From: Mobula birostris
Taxonomy: Eukaryota
Length of the DNA stretch: 64,000 bases
Assembly: GCF_030028105.1 (NCBI RefSeq)
Contig: NC_092370.1
Location: 236,016,005 to 236,080,004 of the forward strand
Direction of reading: 5' to 3'
Shown here: positions 25,434 to 39,659 of the stretch, in pieces
How positions within the stretch are numbered: position 1 is the first letter of the stretch
Layout of the letters: each line of letters starts with the position of its first letter
Program-made: the position numbers and the translations under genes
The notes under the pieces: model-generated
Seen by the model: the letters and a program-made list of their open reading frames with translations, nothing else
Told to the model about the DNA's origin: nothing
The model's database searches: none

Positions 25434-27531
25434 CAAATATCTATTATTCTATGTGCCACTAGAGGGCAATGTTTAGAGCATAAAACTGAGCGGGCTGCAG
25501 AGTTCCACCGAAGTTGGCAAATGTTTAGCAAACGCCAAGGACAAAAGTGGTATCAGAGAAAAAAAAACATTTAAAATTCATAACAAATGTACTTTTTAAA
25601 GACACAATGATGTAGAAAGGAATATGGAAAGCAGAAGTTAGGAGGAAAAAATATTTTACACCATTCAGGGACCTTCAATATAAATGATCTCTCCCTTCTT
25701 ATCTGAGAGACCATTTGTATTTTCTTATATTAACTAAATTTAATACAAGTCAACTCTGTACTAGGACATGTTGGCCTGAACTCAGGAGTGACCAGAGTAC
25801 AGAACACTCCACAAGCAGATCTGAAATGAGGAATCGCCAGTACAGATAAAATAAGGGTTCACTTTGACAGTGCTTCCTTTATGCATAATGCTGGAAGTAG
25901 GGTTTCATAATTTTGCTTCATACTCGTCTTCACAGAGCTGCCCAGCATCTTGCAAACTAATGGTAGGAAAAGTTTGTTCAAGATTTCCACACCCCTCCAT
26001 CCCAACAACCCCCTTATTCCATTTCTTTTAAATTTAAAAAGCACAATGAATGTATTCTTCATGGTAATTACATTATTATTTTTTAGCGAGATCAACTCAA
26101 GGGAAGCTCTGCCATGGACAGTCCTCAGCCTGGCTACAAAAAGAGGTGGGTTTGACACACAGCTAGCAACACATCCCTTAAAAACCCAGAGTTATAGAAA
26201 CACCAACAAAGGCTCCAAAGACCTCATCCTGAGGAGAGGAAGGATACGCCAAGAAGATGGACTACACCTGGAGACACCATTAAAGACTGTCCCAGGACAG
26301 AGGACTCTGGCAAGCTGACGCGGGTGGCCTATGTTCCAGTACCAACTCAGGGAAAAAAAGGAGCACTTGGAAAAAGGATCTCTGGTAGTTCAGGATTTGG
26401 TGAAAACCAGTCTTAACTCAGCTGTTATGGAAGCTCATGATTATATTGGAGTTACCATCTTGTAATAGGAAGCAACTGGCCACATTAAGGTTTTAACCAA
26501 TTTTAGAACACAAGTAGCAACCAGAGAAGCTAACATTGATCTTCATTAAGCAGAGAAGGTTTTGAAGAGTTCATAAAGGCAGACAATATAAAGGGATTCT
26601 AAAAGAAATATAGGTTGAACTTATTCTAGCAGGAAAGTTCCCTTGCAGGCACAAATTTAAGGTAATTGACTAAAAGCTGTTGGTAGATGGTGAGGGAAAG
26701 AAGTGGAAAAGGATTGCAAACAGATTCAATAGTGCTTCCAAATAGCAATCAAATAAATAAATTATGTAAAATCTGTACTACTTTGAGTGAAGGGCAGGGA
26801 ATTGGAATAATGGGACAGGTCTACTACAGGGAAAATGGGCTGAATGGCCTCTGCTGTAATTTATGGTTTTAATTGGTGTAGAATTTTAAATGGGCAACAC
26901 TTCAAGATTCATGAAACTTTGTCTGATGAATAAAATGTCCGAAAATTATTAAAATTTGTGGCTCTTCAACATATTCAATGTTAGAAACAGAACTCTGGAA
27001 ACAAGATTAACCAAACCAAATTAAAAAGTTAAATCTTGGCTGTTGCTTTGTATTTTACTGGGATCTCAATGATAACTAGTAAAGGTCACTGATACATAGT
27101 TCAGGTAAGAGTCTATTACACAGCCACTTCTACCAAAAGCTGCAAGCCCAACAGACACAGTGCCGTACATTTCTTCAGGTCAGATACACTGAACCTAGTT
27201 TTCCAATTTCTTGGGCTGTGGATTCAATTACTTAATGCTTTGTCTGCCCTTATTATTTCAATCTGAAAAAGTACAAGGCCTTCATAAAAGATACTGTGCA
27301 ACCTTTATTATTAGTAGCACATAGTGTTTCAAAACATCTCACTGTATTGCATTGCCAAGTATAAATACTGTAACTCCAATGTTCTGTACCTACTTATTTT
27401 CTTTGTAATCTTCAGCAAGGCTGTAATATCGGACATTGTTTTGTTTTAAGCTTGGCTCTGCATTTTTCTTTAGCCAAGCTTGTTTTTGTGAGCATCTTTT
27501 CAACATAGTGGAAAGGATAAGCTTCTTCACT

Positions 27532-27706
27532 TCACAATTTAATGGAGAAAGAGCTCCCACAGGAACATCCATGTTCTGCTTGTGGATTGTGCAATATCTG
27601 GAATGAACTACGGATGAGTTCTTCGCTGTAGTCCACTGTGCCTCCCTTCAAGTACTCCAGACTATCAGAATCAATGACAACACAAACGCCATCCTGTTCA
27701 AAGACC
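27532..27706 (-). CDS. ISCA2: ISCA2 last coding exon (VFEQDG...[18 protein letters not shown]); iron-sulfur cluster assembly 2, spliced product 179 aa
   Basis: C-terminal CSCGSSF signature of A-type Fe-S carriers. 62+187+116+175=540 nt, open throughout. Candidate AATAAA on - strand at 27304-27309. Confidence 0.97.
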
Positions 27707-28372
27707 CTAATTTGTAAAGACAAGCATACCATTAACTTGCAGGGTAGAAAATTAACAGTTTAAAAAAAATATTTATTCTACATTAATAAACTATAGTTCT
27801 TGCTACGCTTGCTGTCATGTGTATCAAGTCACATATACATGCAGTATCCCTTAAGACAAATGCTTTATAAACTAATGTGAAAAATTTGTATTATAATGGG
27901 TACGGTTAGATTAAACGATACACAGATACTGTTTCAAGCTTTATTAGGAATAATGTCTCATTTTGCAAAGTTCAGTACTGCAAAATATGTAGAAAATTCC
28001 TTTTTGAATCTTCTGATTGAAAGTGATTCTTTGTGTAAAAGTTATATAACTTATTGCCGTCCACAAGAAAATGAGATACCACAAAAGTCTGAGATCTTGG
28101 TTACAATACAACATAGTACATACTTTGGCTGGCCCAATACAGTCATTTAAATTTATGAAAGCTTGGAGACATGACTGTGGGGATTAATTACCAATTACAA
28201 AACCTAGAGTTGAACATGGAAATTCGAGAAAAGGCCCAGATAAGACTGACATTTATTATGAAGTTACCCTGTCCAACTGAACCTTGATGGCAAATTCTCA
28301 TTGAGCTTTTTTTTTATAAAAGTTTAAAATTCAAAGCATTGAAAATAAGTATTGAGATTCCATTTTAAAATA

Positions 28373-28899
28373 CACTCAGTGGCCACTTTATTAGCTACAT
28401 TTTCTCATTAATGCAGATATCTAATCAGGCAATCATGTAGTAGCAACTCAATGCATAAAAGAATGCAGGCATGATCAAGAGATTCAGTTGTTGTTCAGAC
28501 CAAAGATCAGAATAGGAAGAAATGTGACCTAAGTGACTTAGATAGTGGAATGATTGTTCGTGCTAGCGGGGGTGGTTTGAGTATCTGAGAAAATGCTGAT
28601 CTCTTGGGGTTTTCACACTCAAAAGCCTCTAGATTTTGCAGAGAATGGTGAAAAAACAAAACTCATCCAGTGAGCGGCAGTTTTGTGAGCGAAAGTGTCG
28701 TGTTAATGAGAGAGATCAGGGGAGAATGGCTAGACTGGTTCAAGCTGACAGGAAGGTGACAGTAACATGTATTACAACAGTGGTGTGCAAAACAGCATCT
28801 CTGAATGTACAACACATTGAACCTTGAAGTGGATGGGCTAGAGCAGCAGAAAACCACACCGGGATCCACTCCTGTACCTAATAAAGTGGGCAATGAGTG
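28373..28899 (+). mobile_element. Non-autonomous Tc1/mariner element with both TIRs and TA duplication (ISCA2 intron 3)
   Basis: TA|CACTCAGTGGCCACTTTATTAG ... CTAATAAAGTGGGCAATGAGTG|TA. Internal homology to 2750-3260. Confidence 0.88.
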
Positions 28900-29374
28900 T
28901 ACATACACCTGGTAGACTACATACACAAGCATAGTTCCAGCCTCAAAAAACTGAGTAAGTTGGTGATAAACTAACTGATTGATTTTAAAATCCCTTTCCT
29001 CTAATGTCTTCCATCAAAATACAGAGCCCCACAAAGCCTATTTTGTAACTCAAGATCATAAACATGAGATTCTGCATAGCTGGAAATCCAGAGCAACACA
29101 TCCTAAATGCTGGAGGAATTCAGCAGGTCAGATAGCATCTATGAAGAAGAATAAAGAGACAACATTTTGGGCTGAAACCCTTCATCTGGACCTCTATTAG
29201 TTGACTGTTTATTCCTCTCCATAGATGGTGGCTGATATGCAGAGTTGCTCCAGCATTTTGGGTGCGTTAGTCTATTCTGTAACTGCACATGCATCTGCTA
29301 CAATGGATGATTATTACAGCCCAGCAGAAAAAGATTTTGTGGCATTATCAAACAAAACTCTAGTGATTTTTTAC

Positions 29375-29490
29375 CTGTCATCTGAGTTTATTGTATTATC
29401 TAGTACGAATTTGTACTGGAATCCCGAGCAGCCACCTCCTTCCACTTGTACCCTCAGGAACTCATCCTTTTCCAAAATTTTCTGTAGTCG
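29375..29490 (-). CDS. ISCA2: ISCA2 coding exon 3 ([39 protein letters not shown])
   Basis: IscA/HesB motif [15 protein letters not shown]. Acceptor ttccag|, donor AG|gtaaaa, 116 nt. Confidence 0.97.
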
Positions 29491-30382
29491 CTGGAAGACA
29501 GTTATTATCTAATGAGACGTTAATCATGTAGGATTATTCAAAAAGCTGCTACAAAGTATAATGAACATTTAAAAAAACTGTAAATACTAGGAGTCTGAAA
29601 TAAGTACTGGAAATTGGATGTTATGACAAATCACACTCCAACATATTTTTAATTTAACTATATGTAATACAACTGTATAGTAAAATTTTCCAATGAAACC
29701 AGTTTGTTTGAAGGGAGCATGGGAAACAGAAACAGGGAATTTTCAAAGGAGCACAGGAACCAGAGCTCTGCGAACTGGGTCCCTCAGTGTGTTAGATGGA
29801 GCACACGAATACCATCCAGTGAGTCTGGTGCCAACACAAATGAATTTTCCAAATAATTCAATCACAGACTCCCTGAGTTTTATTTTACAACCTCAGTGTG
29901 AGAAGTTGGCTGAGTGGTAAGTCTATTTATTTATTTATCTATTTATTGAGATACAGTGCAGAACAGGCCTTTCTGGCCCTTTGAGCCATGTTACCCAGTA
30001 ACACCCAATTAACTCTAGCCTAATCACAGGACAATTTACAATGACCAGTTAACCTACCAATATGTCTTTTGACTGTGGGAGGACACTGGAGCACCCAGAG
30101 AAAACCCATGCATTCCACGGTGAAGACGTATAGCCTCCTTACAGATGATGATGGAACTGAACGCTGAACTCCAATGTGCTGAGTTGTAATAGCATTGTTC
30201 TGACTGCTACACTACCATGGCGCCCGTGATATTGGAGCTGGGGACAAAGCTTGAACCCGGCACATATCAATGAAAAACAATCATCTCTTTCCACATGAAG
30301 ACTAATGAGGTTTGGAAATGTTTCAACAACTCTAACTTGCAATCTGACTCAAAAACAGGTGTAACATTTCATGCCTCTATAG

Positions 30383-32150
30383 AGTCATAGAACACTACAG
30401 CACAGAAACAGGACCTTTGGCCCATCTAGTCTGTGCCGAACCATTAATATGCCTGGTCCCATCGACCTAAACTGGGGACCACAGCCCTCCATACCCCTCT
30501 CATCCATATACCAATCCAAATTTCTCTTAAATGTTGAAATCGACCTTGCATCCACCACTTGTGCTGGCAGCTCATTCTACACTCTCACAGCCCTCTGAGT
30601 GAAGAAGTTTTCCCTCATGTTCCCCTTAAACTTTTCACCTTTCAACCTTAACCCATGACCTCTGGTTGTAGTCTCACACAACCTCAGTGGAAAAGCCTAC
30701 TTGCATTTACCCTACCTATACCCTGGCCAAGTGGTTAAAGCGTTCGTCTAGTTACCTCAAGGTTGCTAGTTCGAGCCTCAGCTGTGGCAGTGTGTTTGTG
30801 CCCTTGAGCAAGGCACTTAATCATACATTGCTCTAGTCTGTGCGAGGAGTGGCGCCCCACACAGATTTCCAATCTGTGCCTTGTAAGGCATGAAAATGCC
30901 TGACACAGGCCTCTCATGGTTCCCCTACCCTCATAATTTTCTATCAAATCTCCCCTCAAGCTTTGATAGTCTTCTTCACCATCCAATACACCCCCAATCC
31001 TGGTGACATCCGCAAACTTGCTGAACCAGTTTATCATATTATCATCCAGATCATTGATATAGATAACAAACAACAACAGAGCCGGCACCGATCCCTGTGG
31101 CACACCACTAGTAATGGGCCTCCAGTCAGAGAGGCAATCATCTCTACCAATCTCTGGCTTCTCTCGCAAAGCCAATGTCTGATCAAATTTGCTACCTCAT
31201 CTTGAACGCCAAGCGACTCAACCTTCTTGACCAACCTCCCATGTGGGACCTTGTCAAATGCTTTGCTAAAGTCCATGAAGACAACCTCCACTGCCTTGCC
31301 TTCATCAACTTTCCTGGTAACTTCCTCAAAAGATTGGTTGGACATGACTTATCACATAAAAAGCTATGTTGACTATCCCTAATCAAACCCTGTCTATCCA
31401 AATATTTATTATATATATATCCAGTCCCTTAGAAGACCTTCCTAAAACTTCCCCACTACTGATGTCAGGCTCAATTATTTCGTAATTTACTGGCATAATT
31501 TACATATTACTATTTAACTATTTATGGTTCTATTACTATTTATTATTTATGGTGCAACTGTAACGAAAACCAATTTCCCCCTGGGATCAATAAAGTATGA
31601 TTATGACTATGATTTCCTGGCTTATTTTTAGAGCCTTTCTTAAACAACAGAACAACATTAGCTAGCCTCGAATCCTGAAGCAGCTCACACATGACTAAGG
31701 ATGCTTTAAATATCTCTGCCAGGGCTCCTGTAAATTCTGCGCTAGCCTGCCACAGGCTCCGAGGGAATGCCTTGTCCGGCCCTGGGGATTTATCCACCCT
31801 AATTTACCTCAAGGCAGCAAACACTTCTGTCTGCCGAGTAGATACAGATACAGAAACTCCATTTAAGATCTCCTCCACATCTCTTTCAGCTCCACACATA
31901 GATCACCACTCTGATCTTCCAGAGGACTAATTTTGTCCCTTGTTATCCTTCTGCTCTTAACGTATCTGTTGAAGCCCTTTGGGTTTTCCTTCACCTTGTC
32001 AGCTGGAGCAAACTCATGCCTTCTTTTAGTCTTCCTGATTTCCTTCTTAAGTGTTCTCTTGCATTTCTTATACTCCTGAAGTATCTTATTCGTTCCTACC
32101 TACCTATATATACCACTAGGCACCTCCTTCCTTCACTTAACCAGGAGCTC
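30383..32150 (-). mobile_element. Decayed, internally deleted CR1 LINE with nested SINE and LINE-tail insertions
   Basis: MDFSKAFDKVPHGRL, SGVPQGSV and DKSPGPD motifs. Confidence 0.88.
30724..30925 (+). mobile_element. tRNA-derived CORE-like SINE
   Basis: A box TGGCCAAGTGG, B-box-like AGTTCGAGCC, CORE-like GTGCCCTTGAGCAAGGCACTTAA. Near-identical copy at 40490. Confidence 0.8.
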
Positions 32151-32396
32151 AACATGTTTAGGTTTTATGTTTAAGTTATGGATATAGGTCTAAAGTCGGA
32201 AAATCGATTTCCTCTGAGTTATAAACATGATATTGGGCTACGTTTAACTGGAATCCCCTATATTTGCAACTGGTATTTTCTTCACTTCCTACAGCTATCC
32301 TACTTGGAAAAAGAATCTCTAAACATAAAGGGAAATAGTGCAATACCGGTGACAAGTGGCTATTGAAACTGATCTTCGACATCTTTTGAACTTTAC

Positions 32397-32583
32397 CTTA
32401 ACACAGCTGTCACTGAGTGTCACTGTATCCTGGGATGTACCAGACTTTGATTCAGTTTCTTGACCAGCTGAGAAGCACCTTCTATTTAATCGAGTGTTTA
32501 ATAATTGTTGGCATGCCACAGGGCGAGATACATTAGCTAATAACAGAGGTTGGCTCTGCAAAGAAGTGGGCCAACATTGCACC
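32397..32583 (-). CDS. ISCA2: ISCA2 coding exon 2 (VQCWPTS...VTLSDSCVK)
   Basis: Acceptor tttttaacag|, donor AAG|gtaaag, 187 nt. Ends in the ISCA2-like LSDSCVK. Confidence 0.92.
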
Positions 32584-33519
32584 CTGTTAAAAAACACAAA
32601 AATTAAAATAGTTAGCAGAAGAGTGGACAAAACAGAAAACATCCTGACAAGTATAAGTAACTAATGCAGTTTTACCCTTTACTCAAGTCTATTAAACAGC
32701 CCTGTGTCAATTGTGGAAGAAACTTGCTGCACTTACCAGAAGTCTACATGGAGGACACAAATTTTGAAAGTGCACTGTTCGGCACACCACAGCCAGCAAA
32801 CAACAAAAAATACTGTAGGAATTCAGACTGATCTCACTGATTCCTTAAATAGTCAGTGTTGACACACTTGAGAAATGATAGTTGGCCCTGAATTAACCTG
32901 CCATTAATCTCAAGCATACATCAGCAACCTGTTCACTTTCACCGTGTGTTGGTATTAATTCTCTTTGACTCCAAAGGTGGCAGAACTTCCAATTATGTCA
33001 GCACTTCACCATAACGAGTTAGTAACAGCAGTTGAGGGTCAGTGGCTATGGATTATTCTATTTGAATGTTAGACCACAAACTTTACTCATTTCATCAGGC
33101 AAGTTAGGGATGAAAGAAACTTGTATTCAAAGCACTTCCAGCTCTTTAGGACTAATAGCAGCCAAAATAGCACATGGTGTAACATACAATAATGACTAAT
33201 TTATATATAGCTGGTATTACTTGAAAGGCAATAATTGGCCTCAATGTGAAGGAATCCCTATTCATTTTCAACTAATGCTACTGAATATATTAGATTCATC
33301 TCAATAAGTAAATGGAACAAGATTACACCTAAAAGTCATGCAACATTATCTCAAGTACCAGGTTAAGCTATGATGAAATATAATTACATGAAAGGCTCCT
33401 ACTGAGAAGAAAAATATATTTCTATTAGGAGTCTAACAACTTATAAATTCACGCTTCTTGCTCTATCCCCTCCCCTTTTTTATACTGGCCAAGGTGGAGA
33501 GTCTCAACCTCAGAATTAG

Positions 33520-34290
33520 AATCAGAATCAGGTTTATTATCATTGGCATGTGATGTGAAATTTGTTAACTTAGCAGCAGCAGTTCAATGCAATACATAAT
33601 CTAGCAGAGAGAAAAAAATAACAAATAAAATAAAAAATAATAAACAATCAAATAAATCAATTACGTATATTGAATAGATTTTTAAAAAACATACTGTATA
33701 TTAAAAAAAAATGAGATTCAATGTCTATTTGGGAATCGGATGACAGAAGGGAAGAAACTGTTCTTGAATCGCTGAGTGTGTGCCTTCAGGCTTCTGTACC
33801 TCCTACCTGATGGTAACAGTGAGAAAAGGGCATGCCCTGGGTGCTGGAACTCCTTAATAATGGACACTGCCTTCCTGAGACACTGCTCCCTGAAGATGTC
33901 CCGGGTATTTTGTAGGCTAGTACCCAAGACAGAGTTGACTAGATCTACAACCTTCTGCAGCATCTTTTGGTCCTGTGCAGTAGCCCGTCCATACCAGACA
34001 GTGATGCAGCCTGTCAGAATGCTCTCCACAGTACAGCTATAGAAATTTTTGAGTGTATTTGTTGACATGCCAAATCTCCTCAAACTCCTAATGAAGTATA
34101 GCCGCTGTCTTGACTTCTTTATAACTATATCGATATGTTGGGACCAGGTTAGATCTTCAGAGATCTTGACATCCAGGAACTTGAAGCTGATCACTCTCCA
34201 CTTCTGATCCCTCTATGAGGGTTGGTATATGTTACCCTTCCTGAAGTCCACAATCAGCTCTTTTGTCTTACTGACATTGAGTGCCAGTAC
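33520..34290 (-). mobile_element. Rex1/L2-type LINE 3' fragment
   Basis: EDLTWSQH...RQRLYFIRSLRRFGM...ESILTGCITVWYG...LLPSGRRYRS. TTCTGA-repeat tail. Confidence 0.88.
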
Positions 34291-35339
34291 CCAGACGTTG
34301 TACCTGAAACACTGACTGTCCATTTCCCTGCATAGACACACCTGACCTACTGAGTTACTCTACTGCTTCAGATTCCAGTGCCCCCTTACAAAGAAGTCCC
34401 ACCTATTACAAATACCTTTTAAAGTCACAGAGCACCACAGTACAGAAGGAGGCCCTTCAGCCCATCTTGTCTGTGCTAAACTATTATCCTGCCTAGTCCT
34501 GTAGACCTGCACCTGGACCAGAGCCCTCCATACTGCTCCCATCCATGTACCTATCGAAATCTCTCTTAAATGTTGAAATCAAACCTGTATCCATCACTTC
34601 CACCTGGCAGCTCGTTCCACATTCTCACCACCCTCTGAACGAAGAAGACCTTCCTCATGTCCCCCTTAAACATTTCACCTTTCACCCGGAACCCATGACC
34701 TCTAGCTCTAGTCTCATCCACCCTAATGAAAAAAGCTTGCTTGCATTTACCCTATTCTACACCCTTCATAAAGTGATGTCTCTTCAGTAATCCAAACGAA
34801 AAGTTAAAATTGAGCAATCAATAGTTATTTGTTATATCTAGTACTCTTAGAAACACCATGGATTTCCAATTAAGTATATGGCACAGGGAAGGTTTGGATC
34901 TGATCTTCAAATTTCATAACTACCCACTTGGGAATGGGAGGAGGGAAAGTAGGTTAACTAAGTTAAAAGTCAATTAAGAAACAAGCAGCATGAAAGTAAT
35001 ACCAAATTTGAGAAGTTATAACCAAGAAGGAATAGAAATTATATCTGCTCCACTTTAACAGTATCCTCTGACAAACACTCAGTTGCTTTCCGTTTAGCCT
35101 TTGCTTTGTTCATTTGTTTTGCATCTTACAGAATACAGTAGCAGCACCAATGGCCCACAATAAAGCAGAGTTGAAACCTCAAGGTAAATCCAGGAACATA
35201 CAGGCTTCCAGTCATCAATAGAGCAAACATTGTTTCTTCCTATTGCCACTTAGTGAGCAAATTGTCAACATTTCTTGTATTAAAGTGTGTTACATGCTAC
35301 TTTGTAACTTTTAATTTAGATTTCTAATATCTGGAATTA

Positions 35340-37720
35340 GACCATAAATCATAGGAGCAGAATTACGCCATCCAGCCCATCGAGTCTGCTCTGCCATTCT
35401 ATCATGGCTGATCCTGGATCCCACTCAACCCCATACACCTGCCTTCTTTTTTTCTCTTTTCAAATCTTTTTATTATTATTATCCAAAATTAACAAGAGTA
35501 CCTCGAAGTAGGCAACACTTACAATGTCTCAAGAAAAAAAAACATTGTTTTAAAGATTGAAAAAATTTTAGTGACAAAAAAAGAGAATAAAAACCCTACT
35601 AAGCAAGGAAAAGTAAGAAAAAAAACCATTAGGGGTTCAACCCCGGAGCCATGCGTCATACAAAAAGCTTCTAAAGATAAACATCAAACCGCCAGCAAGA
35701 AAAAAAAATATCAAAAATTTACAATTAGATCGTGGAGGAAATCTATCAATTAACTCAAATGATAGTAACGAGCAAATGAACCCCATCTTTTCTCAAAATC
35801 ACACGTAGGTTCAAAAGTTCAACTTCTAATTTTTTCCAAACTAAGACTCGCCATATCTTTTGATGCCCTGACCAATCAGGAAATTATAAACTTCTACCTT
35901 AAATATACCCGTGGACTTGGCCTCCACCGCAGTCTGCGCAGAGCATTCCATAGATTCACTGTTCTCTGGCTGAAAAAAAACCTCCTTACCTCTAATCTAA
36001 AAGATCACCCCTCAATTTTAAGGCTGTGCTCTCTAGTTCTGGGTACCCTCACCATTAGAAACATCTCCACATCTAGCCTTACAATATTTGGTAGGTTTCA
36101 ATGATATACCCCGCGAAAAATTCAACTCACTGGAATCTTCTAAATTCCAGTGAGTACAGGCCCATAGCTGCCAAATGATCCTCGTGTTAACCCCTTCATT
36201 CTCAGAATCATCCTCGTGAACCTCCTCCGGACTCCTTCCAATGACAACAAATCTTTCTAAGATATGGTGCCCAAAACTGTTAACAATTTCTCCAAGTGCA
36301 GCCTGACTAGTGTCTTATAAAGCCTCAGCATTATCTCTTTGCCTTTATATTCTATTTTCCTTGAAATAAATGCCATTTGCCTTCTCTACCACAGACTCAA
36401 ACTGTGAATTAACCTGGGAGTCTTGCACGAGGACTCCTAAGTCCCTCTGCACCTGTGATGTTTGAACCTTCTTCCCATTTAGACAATAGTCTGCACTGTT
36501 GTTCCTTTTATCAAAATGCATTATCCTGTATTTCCCAATCCTGTATTCCATCTGCCACTTTTTTGCCCATTCTTCCAATTCATCTAAATCCTGCTGCAAT
36601 CACATTGCTTCCTCAGCACTACCTACCCCTCCACCTATCTTTGTATCACCTGCAAACTTCCCAAAAAGCCATCAATTCCATTATCCAAATCAGTGACAAT
36701 GTGAAAAGTAGCAGTGCCAATACTGCAACAACACCGACTCACTCTACCTCAGATCGGCTATCAAGTAGGAAAGTTTCCAAGCTCTCATAATTCTTGATAT
36801 AGAATACCCTCCTAGTCATTCTCTCCTTCCACTTTCCGCTGAACCCATCTCTCCACCCAGTTTTACCTCTCACCCTCAGATGGTCCATCTTTGACTATTT
36901 CCTTCCCTTCCTAGGTAAGATCATAAGACATAAGAGCAGAATTAGGACATTCAGCTCATTGAAGCAGAATTAGACAATTCTCTGTCATTCCATCATGCCT
37001 GATTTATATTCCCTCTCAACCTTATTTTCTTGCCTTCTACCCGTAATTTTTGATGTCTTACTAATCAAATACTCATCGACATCTGCTTTAAATATACCCA
37101 ATGACTTGGCCTCCACAGCTGTCTGTGACAATGAATTCCACAGGTTCACCACTCTCTGGCGAAAGAAATTCCTCATCTCTGCTCTAAAGGAGCATCCCTC
37201 TATTCAGAGGCTGTGCCCTTCAGTCCGAGACTCCCCCACTACAAGAAACATACTCCCCGTATCCACTCTATTTAGGCTTTTCAATATTCGATGGCTTTCA
37301 ATGAGGTCCCCCCCTCATTCTTCAAAACTCCAGTGAGTACAGGCTCAGAGCCATCAAACGCTCCTCATATATTAACCCTTTTATCCCTGGAATCATTTAC
37401 GTGAATCTCCTCTGGACCCTCTCCAATGCCAGCACATCTTTTCTTAGATAAGAGATTCAAAACTGCTCACAATTCTCCAACGGCCACCTCACTAATGCCT
37501 TATAAAGCCTCAGTATTACATCCTTGCTTTTCTATTCTAGTCCTCTCGAAATGAATGCTGCCACTTCTTTGCCCATTCTCCTAATCTGTTCAAGTCTTCT
37601 GCAGCCTCCCTGTTTCCTCGATGCTACCTGCCCCTCTACCCATCTTCATATTGTTCACAAACTTGGCCACAAAGTTATCAATTCGCTCATCCAGATCACT
37701 GACATATAATGTGAAAAGAA
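35340..37720 (-). mobile_element. Two CR1 3' fragments (about 35340-36720 and 36915-37720); the first is interrupted by an L1-type 3' fragment (about 35447-35847)
   Basis: EWAKKWQMEY, RDLGVLV, RNFFRQRVVNLWNSL. The insert ends in an A-rich tail on - and encodes SLEKIR...FEKRWGSF. Confidence 0.78.
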
Positions 37721-39659
37721 GATCTTTCCATCTCCAAAGCACGTGATTGGCAATGTGGTCTTCTCTAATATTTAAGAAGCTAATCACAAATTGATTTACT
37801 AATTTGCAGAGCGTGCAGGAAGGAGGACCTCAAGTTTTCTACATGACTGTGCTTTAGTTCTTTATCCTATTGTGATCTATGGCTTCCTGCACATTTATAT
37901 AACAAAGCAAAACGTAAACATGAGGAATATCACCTTACCATCTGTTTGAGCACACTGCAGTATCTTGGACCCAATATCACAACTTGCTTATTTCTATCTA
38001 TAGCAGACTGACCTTTTGGGCTGCAAGTCATCTAAATGCCATCTTGGTTCAGATTCTTTTCTCCACACCTTAACCTACCTGCTCATCTTTCAGCCCTGCG
38101 TTTTATATCTTTTCATAATCCATTCTCTGTATTTTCAATCCCTATCTGCTCTCAGGTCAGGAGGCTGGGAGAACATATACAAATCGGCACTGAACAGTCA
38201 GTGCTGGATGAAGGCGAGCAGCTTCACGTTCCTGGGTGCAATACATCGATGGATTCATGAAGAAAGCACACCAGTGGAGTCTGAGTCACCAAAGAAAATT
38301 GCAAATTTCTATAGGCATACCATGAACAGCATTCTGGCTGGTTGCATCACCGCCTGGTATGGAAAATCCAATACCTAGGATCACAAGTAGCTGCAGAGGG
38401 TTTGTAGACTTAAGCCAGCTTTATCATAGGTGCAACTCTTCCCACCATTGAGGACATTTTCAAGAGCCAGTATCTCAAGAAGACGTTAATTACTATGAAT
38501 CCTGGCCATCTGGGACATACCCTCTTCGTTTTACTATCATTGGGGAGGAGGTAGAGGAAAGTAAAGACACACACTCAACTATTCTTCCCCTCCATTGTCA
38601 CGAGCCATTGTTTCGTGAGGTATATTTTCAGTTTATTTTGTAGTTTTAGTAATTTTTTAATCTCTTTGCACTCTAATGCTGCCACAAAACAACACATTTC
38701 AATTTATACAAGTCAGTGGTAACAAACCTGATACTGGTTCATATCATAGCCTTTGTTCCCTTTTTTTAAACTAACTTTACTAATCCATTAACCAGAGCAC
38801 AGCAATTCTGGTATCACCCTCAGAGACATTTTCTTTGTCCTACCCATTGCCCCTCACTCTCTGGAATTTAAAATTAACATTATTTTCTCTTTCTCAGTTC
38901 TGCCAAAGAGCCTTCGGCACAATCTGTTAACTCTACACAGATGATGCCTGACCTGCTGCACGTTTTCAGCATTTTCTATTTGTATTTCAGATTTATCACA
39001 GCTGCAGGGAATCTGGCCACGCTTCCAAGTCACACAGCATCCAAGCTTGGAAATACACTGACATTTCTTTGTTAATAGTGTTGGAAAGTTCCAGAACAAC
39101 TCAGTCAACTGACCACTAAAGTACCTTCAAGAGTTCGAGGAATAAATACCATTTTTGCAAGAACAGTTCAGCATGAGCAATAATTGCTGACTTTATCAGC
39201 AAAGACCTCATTATAAGACCACAAGACATAGGAGCAGAATTAGGCCCTTCGGCCCATTAAGTCATCTCTGCCAATCCATCATGGCTGATTTATTATCCCT
39301 CTCAACCCCTCCTGCCTGCCCCCCATAATCAAGAACCTAACAACTTCCACTTTAAATATGCCCAATGACTTGGCCTCCATAGCCATCTATTTGTAGAAAA
39401 TAACAACTACAGTTTTATAAATCAAACAAGAAAATGAATTAGTATGCACAAATTAATTTTCACAAACATAAGTCTGAAAACCTCAACGTTTTAATTTGTT
39501 CAGTAACCAAGAAAAAAAATCTACATTGCATTACACAAGTTGGCAGACTGAAATAAAAATTCAAGTTCAGATTCAGCACTGTTGAAGGCCCCATGATAAA
39601 AACAAGGTCAACTGATAACTTGGTCAGTTATCTGACTGACTGACTCTTTTAAACTACAA

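Noticed and set aside
30724-30800. tRNA genes at 30724, 40490 and 62340-62411
   Set aside because: The A/B boxes are SINE heads followed by SINE bodies, with TSDs on two of them. No proper cloverleaf.
37939-38031. 93-nt exon-like segment in ISCA2 intron 1 (ag|ATG...ATG|gtaagg on -) as ISCA2 exon 1
   Set aside because: Its ATG frame ends in phase 0, whereas exon 2 needs phase 2, and the acceptor lacks a pyrimidine tract. 42991-43052 fits better. A poison exon cannot be excluded without RNA data.
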